Of a stretch of DNA of 25,807 nt, positions 1 to 9,433 are shown piece by piece. Under the pieces are notes generated by a model. That model saw only the letters and a list, made by a program, of their open reading frames with translations, ran no database searches and was not told the origin of the DNA. Positions within the stretch are counted from its first letter, which is position 1. Each line of letters opens with the position of its first letter. The DNA comes from a virus (taxonomy: Duplodnaviria; Caudoviricetes), in the IMG/VR virus record IMGVR_UViG_3300044878_000036, positions 1-25,807 of that record. The stretch is one strand, 5' to 3'. Made by a program: the position numbers and the translations under genes.

Positions 1-803
1 GCGTGCACATCCCGACGTTCGCCCTGGACATCCCGAGCGACGGCAAGGTCACCGTGACCTTCGGCACCGCCTGCCTGGACTACACCGACAGCGACGCGCC
101 GATCGTGCTCGCGCCGGCGGCCCCGACTTCCACCCCGTTCATGTCGAACGGCAACGTCGGTACGCTCCTGGTCGACGGTGTGTCGCTGGAAGGTCAGGCC
201 TGTGTCTCGGCCATGACCGTCAGCCTGGACAACGGCCTGCAGGCTCAGCGCTGCATCGGCACCGACAAGATGGGCCCGGGTGCGCAGATCGCCACCGAGG
301 CGGCCATCACCGGCACCATTACGCTGGCCTGGTCTGCCAAGGCCTGGTCGATCTGGAAGAACACCTTCACCCGCAAAACGATTGCGGTCGAGTTCCCGAT
401 CACCGACAGCGTCGGCAACAAGTACACCTTCAGTTTCCCGGCGGTGGAAGTCGACGGCGAGCTGCCGAACGGCGGCAAAAAGGATCTGATCGAGCTGACG
501 CTGAACTACACCGTGGCCAAGCAGGCACCGACCATCACTCGCGCGCCATACGTAGCACCGACCAGCGTCACCGTGGCTCCAGGCACCGCGACCATTGCCG
601 TGGCTGGCACTCAGCAGCTGACCGCGACAGTAGCACCGGCCGGCGCTCCGCAAGGCGTCAACTGGACCAGCGGCTCGCCAAGCAAGGCGACGGTCAGCTC
701 GACTGGTCTGGTCACCGGCGTGGCATCCGGCTCGGCGATCATCACCGCCACCAGCAAGTACGACGGTACGAAGCTCGGCACCGCGACCATCACCGTCTCG
801 TAA
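1..803 (+). CDS. Major tail tube protein (5'-truncated) with in-frame C-terminal Ig-like (Big_2) domain
   Basis: Open from window start; beta-rich tube fold; C-terminal PTSVTVAPG..QQLTATVAP..VNWTS..ATVSSTGLVTGV..G.AIITATS matches the Big_2 pattern; lies upstream of chaperone and tape measure genes. Confidence 0.9.
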   Translation, partial: VHIPTFALDIPSDGKVTVTFGTACLDYTDSDAPIVLAPAAPTSTPFMSNGNVGTLLVDGVSLEGQACVSAMTVSLDNGLQAQRCIGTDKMGPGAQIATEAAITGTITLAWSAKAWSIWKNTFTRKTIAVEFPITDSVGNKYTFSFPAVEVDGELPNGGKKDLIELTLNYTVAKQAPTITRAPYVAPTSVTVAPGTATIAVAGTQQLTATVAPAGAPQGVNWTSGSPSKATVSSTGLVTGVASGSAIITATSKYDGTKLGTATITVS

Positions 804-819
804 CACCGATTTGCCCCTT

Positions 820-859
820 GACTGCCCCGGCACCAACGCCAGCCGGGGCGGTCCTTTTT
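820..859 (+). terminator. Intrinsic terminator-like hairpin after tail tube gene
   Basis: 12-bp stem 820-831/842-853 (one G-U), loop ACCAACGCCA, followed by CTTTTT. Confidence 0.65.
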
Positions 860-880
860 GGCGTGGCGTGAGGATTTACC

Positions 881-1351
881 ATGGCTTTGCGATTGACCAA
901 GAAAGACCAGAACACCTCGGACACCAAGTGGGTCGACTACGACGCCGACACCAAGGTGCTGCTGGCACGAATTGATAACCCCGAATACGCGGTCGCCCTC
1001 GAGCGCGAACGCCGCAAGCTGCGCAATGCTGACGCCCAGTTCGGCATCGGTGTCGTGGGTGTGATCGACGGCGAGACGACCGAGCATCAGACCCAGTGCA
1101 GGCTGTTGAGCCAGTTCATCGTCAAGGACTGGTCCGGCGTGCAAGATGCGGACGGCAACCCTCTGGCGTACAGCGCCGACGCTGCCGAGCAAATTCTCGA
1201 TGCCAACCTCGAATTCTTCCTGTTCGTCCTGCGCGAGTCGTCGACATCGGCCGTGGAGGCGCAAAAGGCCCTGGCCGAGACCGTGGGAAAGTCGTTGCCC
1301 GCTTCGAGTGGGAGCGCGAGTGGGGCGGAGACACCGAAAAGCGGCGACTGA
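881..1351 (+). CDS. Tail assembly chaperone (gpG-like)
   Basis: GAGG RBS; position between tail tube and tape measure; IVKDWSGV motif; slippery site near 3' end. Confidence 0.85.
   Translation: MALRLTKKDQNTSDTKWVDYDADTKVLLARIDNPEYAVALERERRKLRNADAQFGIGVVGVIDGETTEHQTQCRLLSQFIVKDWSGVQDADGNPLAYSADAAEQILDANLEFFLFVLRESSTSAVEAQKALAETVGKSLPASSGSASGAETPKSGD
1285..1291 (+). other. -1 programmed ribosomal frameshift site G GGA AAG
   Basis: Heptamer identical to the lambda G/T site, in the correct phase (GTG GGA AAG); -1 frame open to 1611. Confidence 0.85.
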
Positions 1352-1611
1352 TCTACCAGCGCCTCAATATGGCGGTGCCGGATGAGCCGGAAACGGACCC
1401 GATGACCAACTATCTGCTGAGCACGTTCCGCAACATCACCCGCGGCCGCCGGTTCATCTCGTCGGCGGCCGGTGCTTTCCCTCTGCCATTGTCGGCCCGG
1501 GAAATCTCGGATTGGCTGGAGGCGTACCCGCCGGCCATGCCGCGCAGCGAGATTGACGAAGTGGTCTATACCCTCGATGCGCTATGCCTCAAGGCGGAAG
1601 AGGATGAATGA
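1285..1611 (+). CDS. Frameshift extension of the tail chaperone (gpT-like; fusion 881-1611)
   Basis: -1 frame reads GKVVARFEWEREW...PLPLSAREISDW...LDALCL, typical of gpT-like domains. Confidence 0.8.
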   Translation, partial: GKVVARFEWEREWGGDTEKRRLIYQRLNMAVPDEPETDPMTNYLLSTFRNITRGRRFISSAAGAFPLPLSAREISDWLEAYPPAMPRSEIDEVVYTLDALCLKAEEDE

Positions 1612-1626
1612 ACCTGCCGCGCGTGG

Positions 1627-1635
1627 TGCTATATT
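1627..1635 (+). promoter_or_regulatory. Extended -10 promoter (TGcTATATT) for the lipoprotein gene
   Basis: TGn plus TATATT ending 28 bp before the ATG at 1663, in a short intergenic gap. Confidence 0.5.
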
Positions 1636-1662
1636 GCCCGCATCACGCAAGGGAGAAACGGA

Positions 1663-2235
1663 ATGTTCAGGATTGCAGCGGTAGTGTTGGTGCTGGCTAC
1701 TTTGGGCGGGTGCGCCTCTGGCATCCAAAACTTGTACAAGTATGGCCAGCCAGGGCTTGACGGCAATTACCTCAAGTCGTTCGAGGTAAGCGGCTCAGGT
1801 CCGGCAGCGCCGGGGAAGATGGCTGCGTGCGCAGCAGGTGCCGTCAGAAATGACCCGGTATCGCTCAGCGACTCATCGAAAACCTTCCTTGGCGCGCACA
1901 CCGGCAACTATTACCAGGCCGGAACCAACCGCGAAGTCGGTGGCGGCGGCGCCATTCAGTACGTGGCGCCTGATGAGTCCAGCATCGTGGCAAAGGGCGA
2001 AACCGGCTACACCAGCGCCATGGTCTCGCGATCCGTGCGCTACACCGTAACGATCAAGAGCTCTGGTCCTGAGCGGAAATACCTGTTCGCCGGAATTCAG
2101 CAGGCGCAACTCGATACCGGGTCCATGGTCAACGCGGGCTACAGTCCCGTGCACGTGATGATGGGCGGCGGCTCCGAGGATGTCGCGCGCTCGCTGAGCG
2201 CTGTTGCCGAAGAGATAGAGACCTGCATTCGATAA
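1663..2235 (+). CDS. Lipoprotein, moron-like (possible superinfection exclusion)
   Basis: Signal peptide MFRIAAVVLVLATLGG-C with lipobox; own promoter candidate and terminator; inserted between chaperone and tape measure. Confidence 0.75.
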   Translation: MFRIAAVVLVLATLGGCASGIQNLYKYGQPGLDGNYLKSFEVSGSGPAAPGKMAACAAGAVRNDPVSLSDSSKTFLGAHTGNYYQAGTNREVGGGGAIQYVAPDESSIVAKGETGYTSAMVSRSVRYTVTIKSSGPERKYLFAGIQQAQLDTGSMVNAGYSPVHVMMGGGSEDVARSLSAVAEEIETCIR

Positions 2236-2250
2236 GGTCAACACATTACC

Positions 2251-2275
2251 AAGACCCGCTCCGGCGGGTTTTTTT
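2251..2275 (+). terminator. Intrinsic terminator
   Basis: ACCCGC-TCCG-GCGGGT followed by a T run. Confidence 0.8.
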
Positions 2276-2293
2276 ATACCTGGAGAAAAGGCA

Positions 2294-5200
2294 ATGGCCC
2301 AAACATCCCGCCTCGTCATTGAGCTGGACAGCCGAGACGCCGAGAAAAAGGCGGAAGATGTTCGCGATGCGCTAGGGGCACTGGAAGATGCAGGGCTGCG
2401 CATCAAGCCTGCCATGGATAAGGCCAGCGACGGTCTCGACAAGCTGACGGACGCCGGGAAAGGCGCCGAGACCTCAGCAGGTCGCACCGGTAAAGCCTGG
2501 TCAGAAGCCGTGGGTGGCATCAGTCGCGACACTCAGCTGATCGTCAAAGAGCTGCAGGCACTCAACGCCAAGCAGGACGCAACCGCCAAGGCCATGGAGT
2601 CGGTAGGCCGGTCTATCTCCGGCGCATCCAGTTCGTTCACTGCGGCCGCCTCGTCGCTGTCGACGTACCGTGCGCAGACTGATACGGCCGCGCAAGCCCA
2701 GGAAAAGCTGGCTGTCGAGACGAAAAAGGCAGCCAAGTCAGTCGACGATGAGCGAATCGAACTTGAGCAGCTGCTCGGTCAAATCGACCCGGTTGTTCGC
2801 CGGCTCGGCGATCTGGACAAGCAGGAGCAGGCTCTCGCCAAGCACCGCAAGGAAGGCAAGCTCGACAAGGACACGTTCGACGAATACCAGGCCAAGATCA
2901 CGGCGACCCGAAACGGCCTGACTGGATTCAACGCCGACCTGAACAAAACCGGCATCTCCGCCAAGCAGACAGCAGCAGCCCTGCGCGGCGTGCCGGCGCA
3001 ATTTACTGACATCGCCACGTCGCTCCAGGGCGGACAGGCCCCGCTGACCGTGCTGCTGCAGCAAGGCGGCCAACTCAAGGATATGTTCGGCGGCGTAGGT
3101 CCGGCAGCCAAGGCGCTGGGCGGGTACGTCGCCGGCCTGATCAATCCATTCACCCTGGCCGGTGCCGCCGTGGCGGCCTTCACCTTGGCTGCCTACAAGG
3201 GCTACGAGCAGGCCGAGCAGTACCGGAAAGCGCTCACCCTGACCGGCGGGGCGGCAGGGCGGACGGCTGACGACCTGATCGCGATGTCTAACGCCCTTGC
3301 AGGCGGACGTAACTTTGAAGAAGCCAGCCAGGCTGTTTTGGCGCTGGCCGAAAATGGCCGCCTGACCGGCGAAGCGTTCACCGAAGTGGCGCGCGCGGCG
3401 ACTGAAATGTCCGTGGCCACCGGCAAGAGCGCCGGCGAGATCGCTGACCAGTTGTCGAGCACCAAGGGCAGCGTCACCGATCTGGCGGCTGAGTACAGCG
3501 ACAAATACGGCGTCATCACTCAGGCCGTATTCGACCAGGTCCGCTCGCTGGAGCAGCAAGGCGACAAAATGGAAGCCGTGCGGGTGCTGGCCGGCGCCGT
3601 GGCTGACGAGATGGGCAAGCGCAACACCGAGATGGTCGAATCCACGCGCGGCCTGGCCAAGGCTTGGGATGGCGTCAAGACCAGTATTTCCGGGGCCTGG
3701 AACGAACTGAAAGCCGGACTGTCGGCCAGCCCCGAGATGTTCAAGCTGCAGCATTTGCAGGGTCAGTTGCAGGATGCACAGGAGCTTGGCGACAAGGCCC
3801 TGATTGCCGGCCTGGAGAAACAGGTAGCACTGGCCCAGCAAGTGGTCGACGCCAAGACTCAGGCTGCTGAGAAAACTTCGGCAGAGCTACAGGATCGCAA
3901 GGCGACCATCACCGCCGACAAGGCCTGGTTCGAGGACGGTCTGAAGTACCGAACCAATCAGCAGAAGATGGAAAAGGATATCGCCGACGCCCGCACCAAG
4001 GGGCTAGCCGCCAAGGTATCCGAGGCTGATATCGAGCAGCGCATCGGTCAGATTCGGGCGGAATACGCGAGCAAGGAGAAGAAGCCGACCGCGCCCAAGG
4101 CCTACACCGAAGACGCCGGCATGAAGCTGCTGGACGCGGCCCGGCAGACCAATGCCGTACTGATCCAGCAAAGCGCCTCGATCAACGGCCAAGGCATCGC
4201 CACGCAGAAGCTAGGCGCGCAAGCGCAGGCGCTGATCAAGTGGGAGCAGCAGCTTGCTGACATCAAGGGCAAGCAGACCCTGACCGCCGACCAGAAGTCG
4301 CTGCTGGCCAGCCAGGATCTGATCACCGCCCAGCTCAAAAAGAATGCCGCACTCGAAAAGGAAGTCGAGCTGCAGAAGGGCGTCAAGCAGGCGAACGACG
4401 ACCAGGTCAAGCTGCTGACTCTCACTGGTCAGCTGCGCGAGGCCAATCAGCTGAAGTCCAGCCTGGACGATGCCGCGCAAATGGCGGAATACGAGCGACA
4501 AGGCAACACTGAGGCCGCCAAGCGCCTGGAAACGCTGATCAAGATCCGCGACATCAACCTCAACGCTGCGCAGAAGCCCGGAACCATTGAGGGGGTCAGC
4601 AAGGCGCCGACCGCTACCGGGCTTGACCCGTCAATCGGTGGGGCTGACAGCGAGATCACTCGGCTGAATGACGAGGCAGCCAGGCTGGATGCGTGGCGAG
4701 CCACGGAGCTGGAGAAGCAGAAAGCCTACCTTGACCTCAAGGCGATCAACGAAGAGACCTATGCCGAGCGCGTAGCCAACATCGACAAACAGGCATCCGA
4801 GAACCGGGCCAAGATCGACAAGGCGAAGAACGAGGCGATCATCAACCAGTCGTCGAGCTTCTTCGGGATCATGGCCACGCTGAGCCAGTCCGGTCACAGC
4901 AAGCTGGCTGCGATCGGCAAGGCTGCTGCCATGGCTCAGGCCACGATCGACGGCTACCTGGCCATTCAGAAGGCGCTCGCGGCATTTCCGCCGCCGTTCA
5001 ACTTCATCGCGGCCGGCGTGGTCGGCGTAGCCACTGCGGCCAACGTGTCGGCGATTGCCGGTATCGGTTTCTCCAATGGCGGCTATACCGGCGCCGGCGG
5101 CGTGAACGATCCGGCGGGCGTGGTGCACAAGGGCGAGGTCGTCTGGTCGCAGTCCGACATTCGCAAGTTTGGCGGCGTGGCATCGGTGGAAGCGCTGCGC

Positions 5201-5455
5201 AACGGCAACGTCTCAGCTGGGCGCTCAACGTCCAGCGGCAGCAATTCGTCGACGGCGGCCAGTAATGGCGTTCCGGCGCCGGAGAGGCCGATGGTCTTCA
5301 ACCTGATCGAGGACGCCAGCCGGGCGGGCCAGGTCAATCGTCGTCAACTCGGCGAGCAGGACGTGATCGACATCTGCGTTGCCAACATTCGCGGCGAGAA
5401 AGAATTGCACCAGGTGCAGCAGGAGAAGTACGGCTTGCAGTCACAAGGTGTCTAA
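2294..5455 (+). CDS. Tail tape measure protein
   Basis: 1053 aa, Ala/Gln-rich helical; lambda-type motif AQFTDIATSLQGGQAPLTVLLQQGGQLKDMFGG; C-terminal FSNGGYTG..PAGVVHKGEVV. Confidence 0.95.
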   Translation: MAQTSRLVIELDSRDAEKKAEDVRDALGALEDAGLRIKPAMDKASDGLDKLTDAGKGAETSAGRTGKAWSEAVGGISRDTQLIVKELQALNAKQDATAKAMESVGRSISGASSSFTAAASSLSTYRAQTDTAAQAQEKLAVETKKAAKSVDDERIELEQLLGQIDPVVRRLGDLDKQEQALAKHRKEGKLDKDTFDEYQAKITATRNGLTGFNADLNKTGISAKQTAAALRGVPAQFTDIATSLQGGQAPLTVLLQQGGQLKDMFGGVGPAAKALGGYVAGLINPFTLAGAAVAAFTLAAYKGYEQAEQYRKALTLTGGAAGRTADDLIAMSNALAGGRNFEEASQAVLALAENGRLTGEAFTEVARAATEMSVATGKSAGEIADQLSSTKGSVTDLAAEYSDKYGVITQAVFDQVRSLEQQGDKMEAVRVLAGAVADEMGKRNTEMVESTRGLAKAWDGVKTSISGAWNELKAGLSASPEMFKLQHLQGQLQDAQELGDKALIAGLEKQVALAQQVVDAKTQAAEKTSAELQDRKATITADKAWFEDGLKYRTNQQKMEKDIADARTKGLAAKVSEADIEQRIGQIRAEYASKEKKPTAPKAYTEDAGMKLLDAARQTNAVLIQQSASINGQGIATQKLGAQAQALIKWEQQLADIKGKQTLTADQKSLLASQDLITAQLKKNAALEKEVELQKGVKQANDDQVKLLTLTGQLREANQLKSSLDDAAQMAEYERQGNTEAAKRLETLIKIRDINLNAAQKPGTIEGVSKAPTATGLDPSIGGADSEITRLNDEAARLDAWRATELEKQKAYLDLKAINEETYAERVANIDKQASENRAKIDKAKNEAIINQSSSFFGIMATLSQSGHSKLAAIGKAAAMAQATIDGYLAIQKALAAFPPPFNFIAAGVVGVATAANVSAIAGIGFSNGGYTGAGGVNDPAGVVHKGEVVWSQSDIRKFGGVASVEALRNGNVSAGRSTSSGSNSSTAASNGVPAPERPMVFNLIEDASRAGQVNRRQLGEQDVIDICVANIRGEKELHQVQQEKYGLQSQGV

Positions 5456-5469
5456 TGCGTTAACATAGG

Positions 5470-5485
5470 GTCTCTTGCTAGGGAC
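5470..5485. promoter_or_regulatory. Dispersed palindrome copy GTCTCTTGCTAGGGAC (14/16 to consensus)
   Basis: In the 44-bp gap between tape measure and the next tail gene; near-identical to 25523-25538. Confidence 0.65.
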
Positions 5486-5499
5486 TGAATGGAGCCCCA

Positions 5500-5985
5500 A
5501 TGAGCAATCCCATCAACATCGCCTACGCCTCGGTCGGAAACGACCTGTTCGTCGATACGATCGAGGCGACCTGTTCCGCATGGGCGGCACCGATCCTCAT
5601 CTGCTCCGGCTACGAGGATCGCGTCTGCGGAACGGAGGACGGGCGCACGCTCGTCTTTTTGGCGAGGGCGGTGGAAGAGGCTCTGCCCGTGCGGGATAAC
5701 AGTGGAGCCCAGAACCTCAACATCGCCCTGGACAATACCGACGGCAAGGTCCAGGCGGCCATCGAGCAGGCGCGCGCAGCATCGGCGCGCATCGTTCTGA
5801 CGAAGCGTCGATACCTCGAAAGCAACCTTGCCTACCCGGCAGAGCGCTATCGACTCTCGGCCCTTAACCGGCAGTACGCCAACGACGTGGCCACGCTGAC
5901 GTGCGGCCTGTTCAACCTGCTGGAAACGGCTTTCCCGCGCAACAAGCTGACTTCGGATAAAGCACCAGGGCTGATCTTCATATGA
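5500..5985 (+). CDS. Minor tail protein, DUF1833-like
   Basis: GGAG RBS; position before NlpC/P60 and tail tip; motifs QNLNIALDN, RRYL, FPR, PGL. Confidence 0.8.
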   Translation: MSNPINIAYASVGNDLFVDTIEATCSAWAAPILICSGYEDRVCGTEDGRTLVFLARAVEEALPVRDNSGAQNLNIALDNTDGKVQAAIEQARAASARIVLTKRRYLESNLAYPAERYRLSALNRQYANDVATLTCGLFNLLETAFPRNKLTSDKAPGLIFI

Positions 5986-6365
5986 AGACCATCGCGGATT
6001 ACCTGTCGGCACCTTACCGGGACGGCGCGCGCGGGCCGCTGGCTTTCGACTGCTACGGCCTGGTCAACGCGGTGCGGCACGAAGTGTTTGGCCTGCCGCT
6101 GCTGCCCTCGCTGGGCGGTGTCGGCCGATCCAAGTTGCGCGAGAACACCAAGGCCTACCGCGAGGTCAGCGCTGACCTGGAAGAGTGCCAGCCAGAGCCT
6201 GGCGCCATTGCCTCGGCACTGATTGGCGAGTTCCTGGATCACGTCGGCGTGGTCGTTTACCTGGACGGCCAGCTGAAGGTGCTCGACACCAACCCGGGCG
6301 GCCCCCGCATTCGCACTCTGAACGACTTCGGGATGCGTTATCAACGAGTGGTGTACTACCGATGA
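5982..6365 (+). CDS. NlpC/P60-family tail tip assembly protein
   Basis: YRDGARGP..FDCYGLV (catalytic Cys) and HVGVVV (His); ATGA coupling at both ends. Confidence 0.85.
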   Translation: MKTIADYLSAPYRDGARGPLAFDCYGLVNAVRHEVFGLPLLPSLGGVGRSKLRENTKAYREVSADLEECQPEPGAIASALIGEFLDHVGVVVYLDGQLKVLDTNPGGPRIRTLNDFGMRYQRVVYYR

Positions 6366-9300
6366 TCGAATTCTTCCCCAACAAGATGGCCGGCTGCCAG
6401 CCGCTGGGCACCTACACCACGCGCGAACGCATGACGATCGAGGCCTGGCTCAAGGGCATGACGGAGCACTACCGCCGCGGCCCGGTGCAGCCGATCAGCG
6501 TCGAGCTCAATGGCGAGATGATCTGCCCGACACTCTGGCACAAGGTCAAATTCAAGCCCGCGGATCACGTCCAGATCTGGAACGAGCCGAAAGGCTCTGA
6601 CCCGTTCACCATCACCGCCTTGCTGATTGTTGCCGCATTTGCCGCGACCAAGCTGCTCATGCCCAAGATGCCAGGCATGCCGGCCAACTCAGGCGTTGCC
6701 CAGGGCAGCCCGCTCGATGAAGCCAGCGCCAAGGGCAACAAGGTCAAGCTCGGCGAGCTGATTCGCAACATCGCCGGGCACCAGAAGGTGTACCCATCGT
6801 ACTTGGCTGAGCCGCGTACCTGGTTTGCCGCACCACGCGAAAAGTGGGTGGAGATGCTGCTGTACGTCTCCGAAGGCGCGGTGGACATGCCCATCAACAA
6901 ACTTAAGGTGGGCGAAACCCCGCTGATTTCCCTTGGCGCCGATGCTCAAGTGGCGATCTACGCGCCCGGCGCTGACGTGTCTGCCGATACCGCCTCGATG
7001 CTGTGGTTCAACGCCAAAGAGGTGGGTGCCAGTTCAAGTGGCACGTCGGGTCTGGAATTGACTGTGGCGACGAACATCACCCCGTCAGCCACGGCCTCGG
7101 CCTACCAGTTCAACGGACATACGATTGCCATTCCGTCCGGCGCCGGCAGCTTCCCTACTGACTGGGCCTCCGGCCTGGTGATTCGCGCTCTGGCGCCCTA
7201 CGCCTACACCGTCGTGGATGGCGGCGCGGGCCGCGACATCGTGCAAGGCCCGCTGGAAATGCTGAGCCCGTTCCCGGGCATGCTGATTGAGGTCGCCGGG
7301 GCGAACGCGGGCAACTACGTCGTCAACTCGTACACGCCGCATGCTCCAGCGGTGCCGCCGACCTCGGGCACCGCTTCGACAATCCTCGGCTCAAGCATTC
7401 CAGCGCGCTATGACTTCGACGTGACACCGCTGTCGGTCACCGTGACGCTTGGTAGTACGCCGTATGCGGTGAACCTGTCGACAGCAACGACCAACCTTGC
7501 GGGCCTGGTCTCGGCCTTCAATACGGCCAAGGGGTCGGCGCCATTCCTGGCCAGCGCCTCGTCCGGCAAGTTGCTGATCACGCAGTTCGGCACCTTCGGC
7601 GGCGAAACGATGGTGGCCACCGGTGGCGCCGATATCCTCGGCAGCAGCCCGATCAATACCACCGGCACGCCAGCCAGCGCCGGCACGCCAGAAGTCCCGG
7701 CGCAAATGACCTTGGACTACGACGGTGGCGCACCGGTTGTTGGTTTGGCCCTCGGTTCTGGCCTGGCCACCATCGGCCCGCGCGGCCTGCGTTACCGCAT
7801 AACCGCGTTCAGCGCCTCGATCATGACGGTGGACCGGCTCACCGCGTCGGGCTCGGTGGATTCCGGATGGATTGGATTCAATCCGATGGAGACCGTAAAC
7901 GGTTTGGTCACCCTCGATCCATCCAGTCTGGAGGGTGGCTATCGCGGCCCTTTCGCGTGCTCGCCAGAGAATGAAAAGGTCACGCGCATCGAGTACACCA
8001 TCGCCTTCGACGGCCTGATTGGCATGGGCCGAAAGGGTGATGAATACACGATCTACTCGTCGCACCAGTTCGAGTGGCGCGACATGGATGTTGCCGGGGC
8101 CTGGACCGTCCGGACACAAAGCGTCACCGGTCACTCGCGGGATGCGCAAGGCTTCACCTTTTGGTTCGATCTGCCCTACCCGATGCGCCCCGAGGGCAGG
8201 CTCAAGCGCCTACCCAAAGGTGGCGGCGCCAACAGCGCCGAATGGATCGACAGCCCGAGATGGGAAAGTCTACGTGGCTTGCGTCAGACGCGACCGACCA
8301 GCTACCCAGGCATGACCGTCATGTCGGTCAAGATTCGCGGCGGTGATCGGCTGTCTGCTCAGTCGGAAAGCCAGATCAACGGCGAAGCGACCCGCGTGCT
8401 GCCCGTTCGCTCGGGCGGGGTTTGGCAGGCGCCGGTAGCAACCCGCGGCATCGTGCCCTGGTGCCTGCATGTCCTGAAGTCGCTGGGCTATGAAGACGGC
8501 GACATCGACCTGGAGGAATGGGATCGGCTGGACCTGGTATTCAACGCCGCCGGCCAGTATTACGACGAGACCATCGACGACAACAGCACCGCCAAGGACC
8601 GGCTCAACGACGCGTTGGCTTGCGGCTTTGCCGAGCTGACCATTAAGAACGGCCTGGTCAGTCTGGTGCGTGACGAGCCGCGGGCGATATTCGATATCAC
8701 CTACGGCCCGAAGACGCAGACCTACAGCCCGCAAAACATGACCAAGAAGCTCAGCATCGCCGGGCCGCTGACATCGCTCAACGACTTCGACGGCGTGGAT
8801 GTCGAGTATTACTCGAACATCACCTGGGCCTGGGAGACTGTGCCGTGCCGCTGGCCAGGCGATGCCGGCAACAAGGTCGAGAAGGTCAAGCTGCCGGGAG
8901 TGGGCGACAAGAATCGCGCCTATCAGTTCGGCATGCGTCGTCGTGGACACCAGAAATTCCGCCAGGACACCTACACCTGGGAAACCGAACTGGCCGGCAT
9001 GAACTCGGGTTACCTGAGCTTCTGCGCGGTGGCCAGCGATACCCCTGGACAATGCCAGAGCGCTGAGCTTGTAAGCGTGCAAGCGGTCAGCGGTGGCTTC
9101 GTTCTGGAGTCGTCAGAGCCGATCGACTGGTCAGTGCCTGAGATCTACAAAGTCGGCATCAGTCGTGCTGATGGCTCTCTCTCTGGTCCCTACCAAGGCA
9201 CTGCAATCGACGAATACCACGTACAGGTCGCCGATATCGACTTCGTGCCTGACACCAGCATGAGCGGAAACATGTCACTGCCTCAGCTGCTGATCGGGCC

Positions 9301-9424
9301 TGCGTCGAAGTGGGCCTACCCGGTTCTCGTCACACGCTCCGACCCATCCAACGGCAACGTCGCACTCAAGGGCATGCCCTATGACGCCCGCGTTTACACA
9401 TACGACAGCGCCACGGCGCCATAA
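6362..9424 (+). CDS. Tail tip / host-specificity protein (gpJ-like central hub)
   Basis: True start likely ATG 6362 (ATGA overlap, MIEFFPNK); about 1020 aa; C-terminal MPYDARVYTYD typical of TipJ-like proteins. Confidence 0.85.
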   Translation: MIEFFPNKMAGCQPLGTYTTRERMTIEAWLKGMTEHYRRGPVQPISVELNGEMICPTLWHKVKFKPADHVQIWNEPKGSDPFTITALLIVAAFAATKLLMPKMPGMPANSGVAQGSPLDEASAKGNKVKLGELIRNIAGHQKVYPSYLAEPRTWFAAPREKWVEMLLYVSEGAVDMPINKLKVGETPLISLGADAQVAIYAPGADVSADTASMLWFNAKEVGASSSGTSGLELTVATNITPSATASAYQFNGHTIAIPSGAGSFPTDWASGLVIRALAPYAYTVVDGGAGRDIVQGPLEMLSPFPGMLIEVAGANAGNYVVNSYTPHAPAVPPTSGTASTILGSSIPARYDFDVTPLSVTVTLGSTPYAVNLSTATTNLAGLVSAFNTAKGSAPFLASASSGKLLITQFGTFGGETMVATGGADILGSSPINTTGTPASAGTPEVPAQMTLDYDGGAPVVGLALGSGLATIGPRGLRYRITAFSASIMTVDRLTASGSVDSGWIGFNPMETVNGLVTLDPSSLEGGYRGPFACSPENEKVTRIEYTIAFDGLIGMGRKGDEYTIYSSHQFEWRDMDVAGAWTVRTQSVTGHSRDAQGFTFWFDLPYPMRPEGRLKRLPKGGGANSAEWIDSPRWESLRGLRQTRPTSYPGMTVMSVKIRGGDRLSAQSESQINGEATRVLPVRSGGVWQAPVATRGIVPWCLHVLKSLGYEDGDIDLEEWDRLDLVFNAAGQYYDETIDDNSTAKDRLNDALACGFAELTIKNGLVSLVRDEPRAIFDITYGPKTQTYSPQNMTKKLSIAGPLTSLNDFDGVDVEYYSNITWAWETVPCRWPGDAGNKVEKVKLPGVGDKNRAYQFGMRRRGHQKFRQDTYTWETELAGMNSGYLSFCAVASDTPGQCQSAELVSVQAVSGGFVLESSEPIDWSVPEIYKVGISRADGSLSGPYQGTAIDEYHVQVADIDFVPDTSMSGNMSLPQLLIGPASKWAYPVLVTRSDPSNGNVALKGMPYDARVYTYDSATAP

Positions 9425-9433
9425 GGACGGCAC

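Noticed and set aside
6185-6361. N-terminal extension of the tail tip ORF from GTG 6185
   Set aside because: Overlaps the NlpC/P60 gene; ATGA-coupled start at 6362 is more plausible
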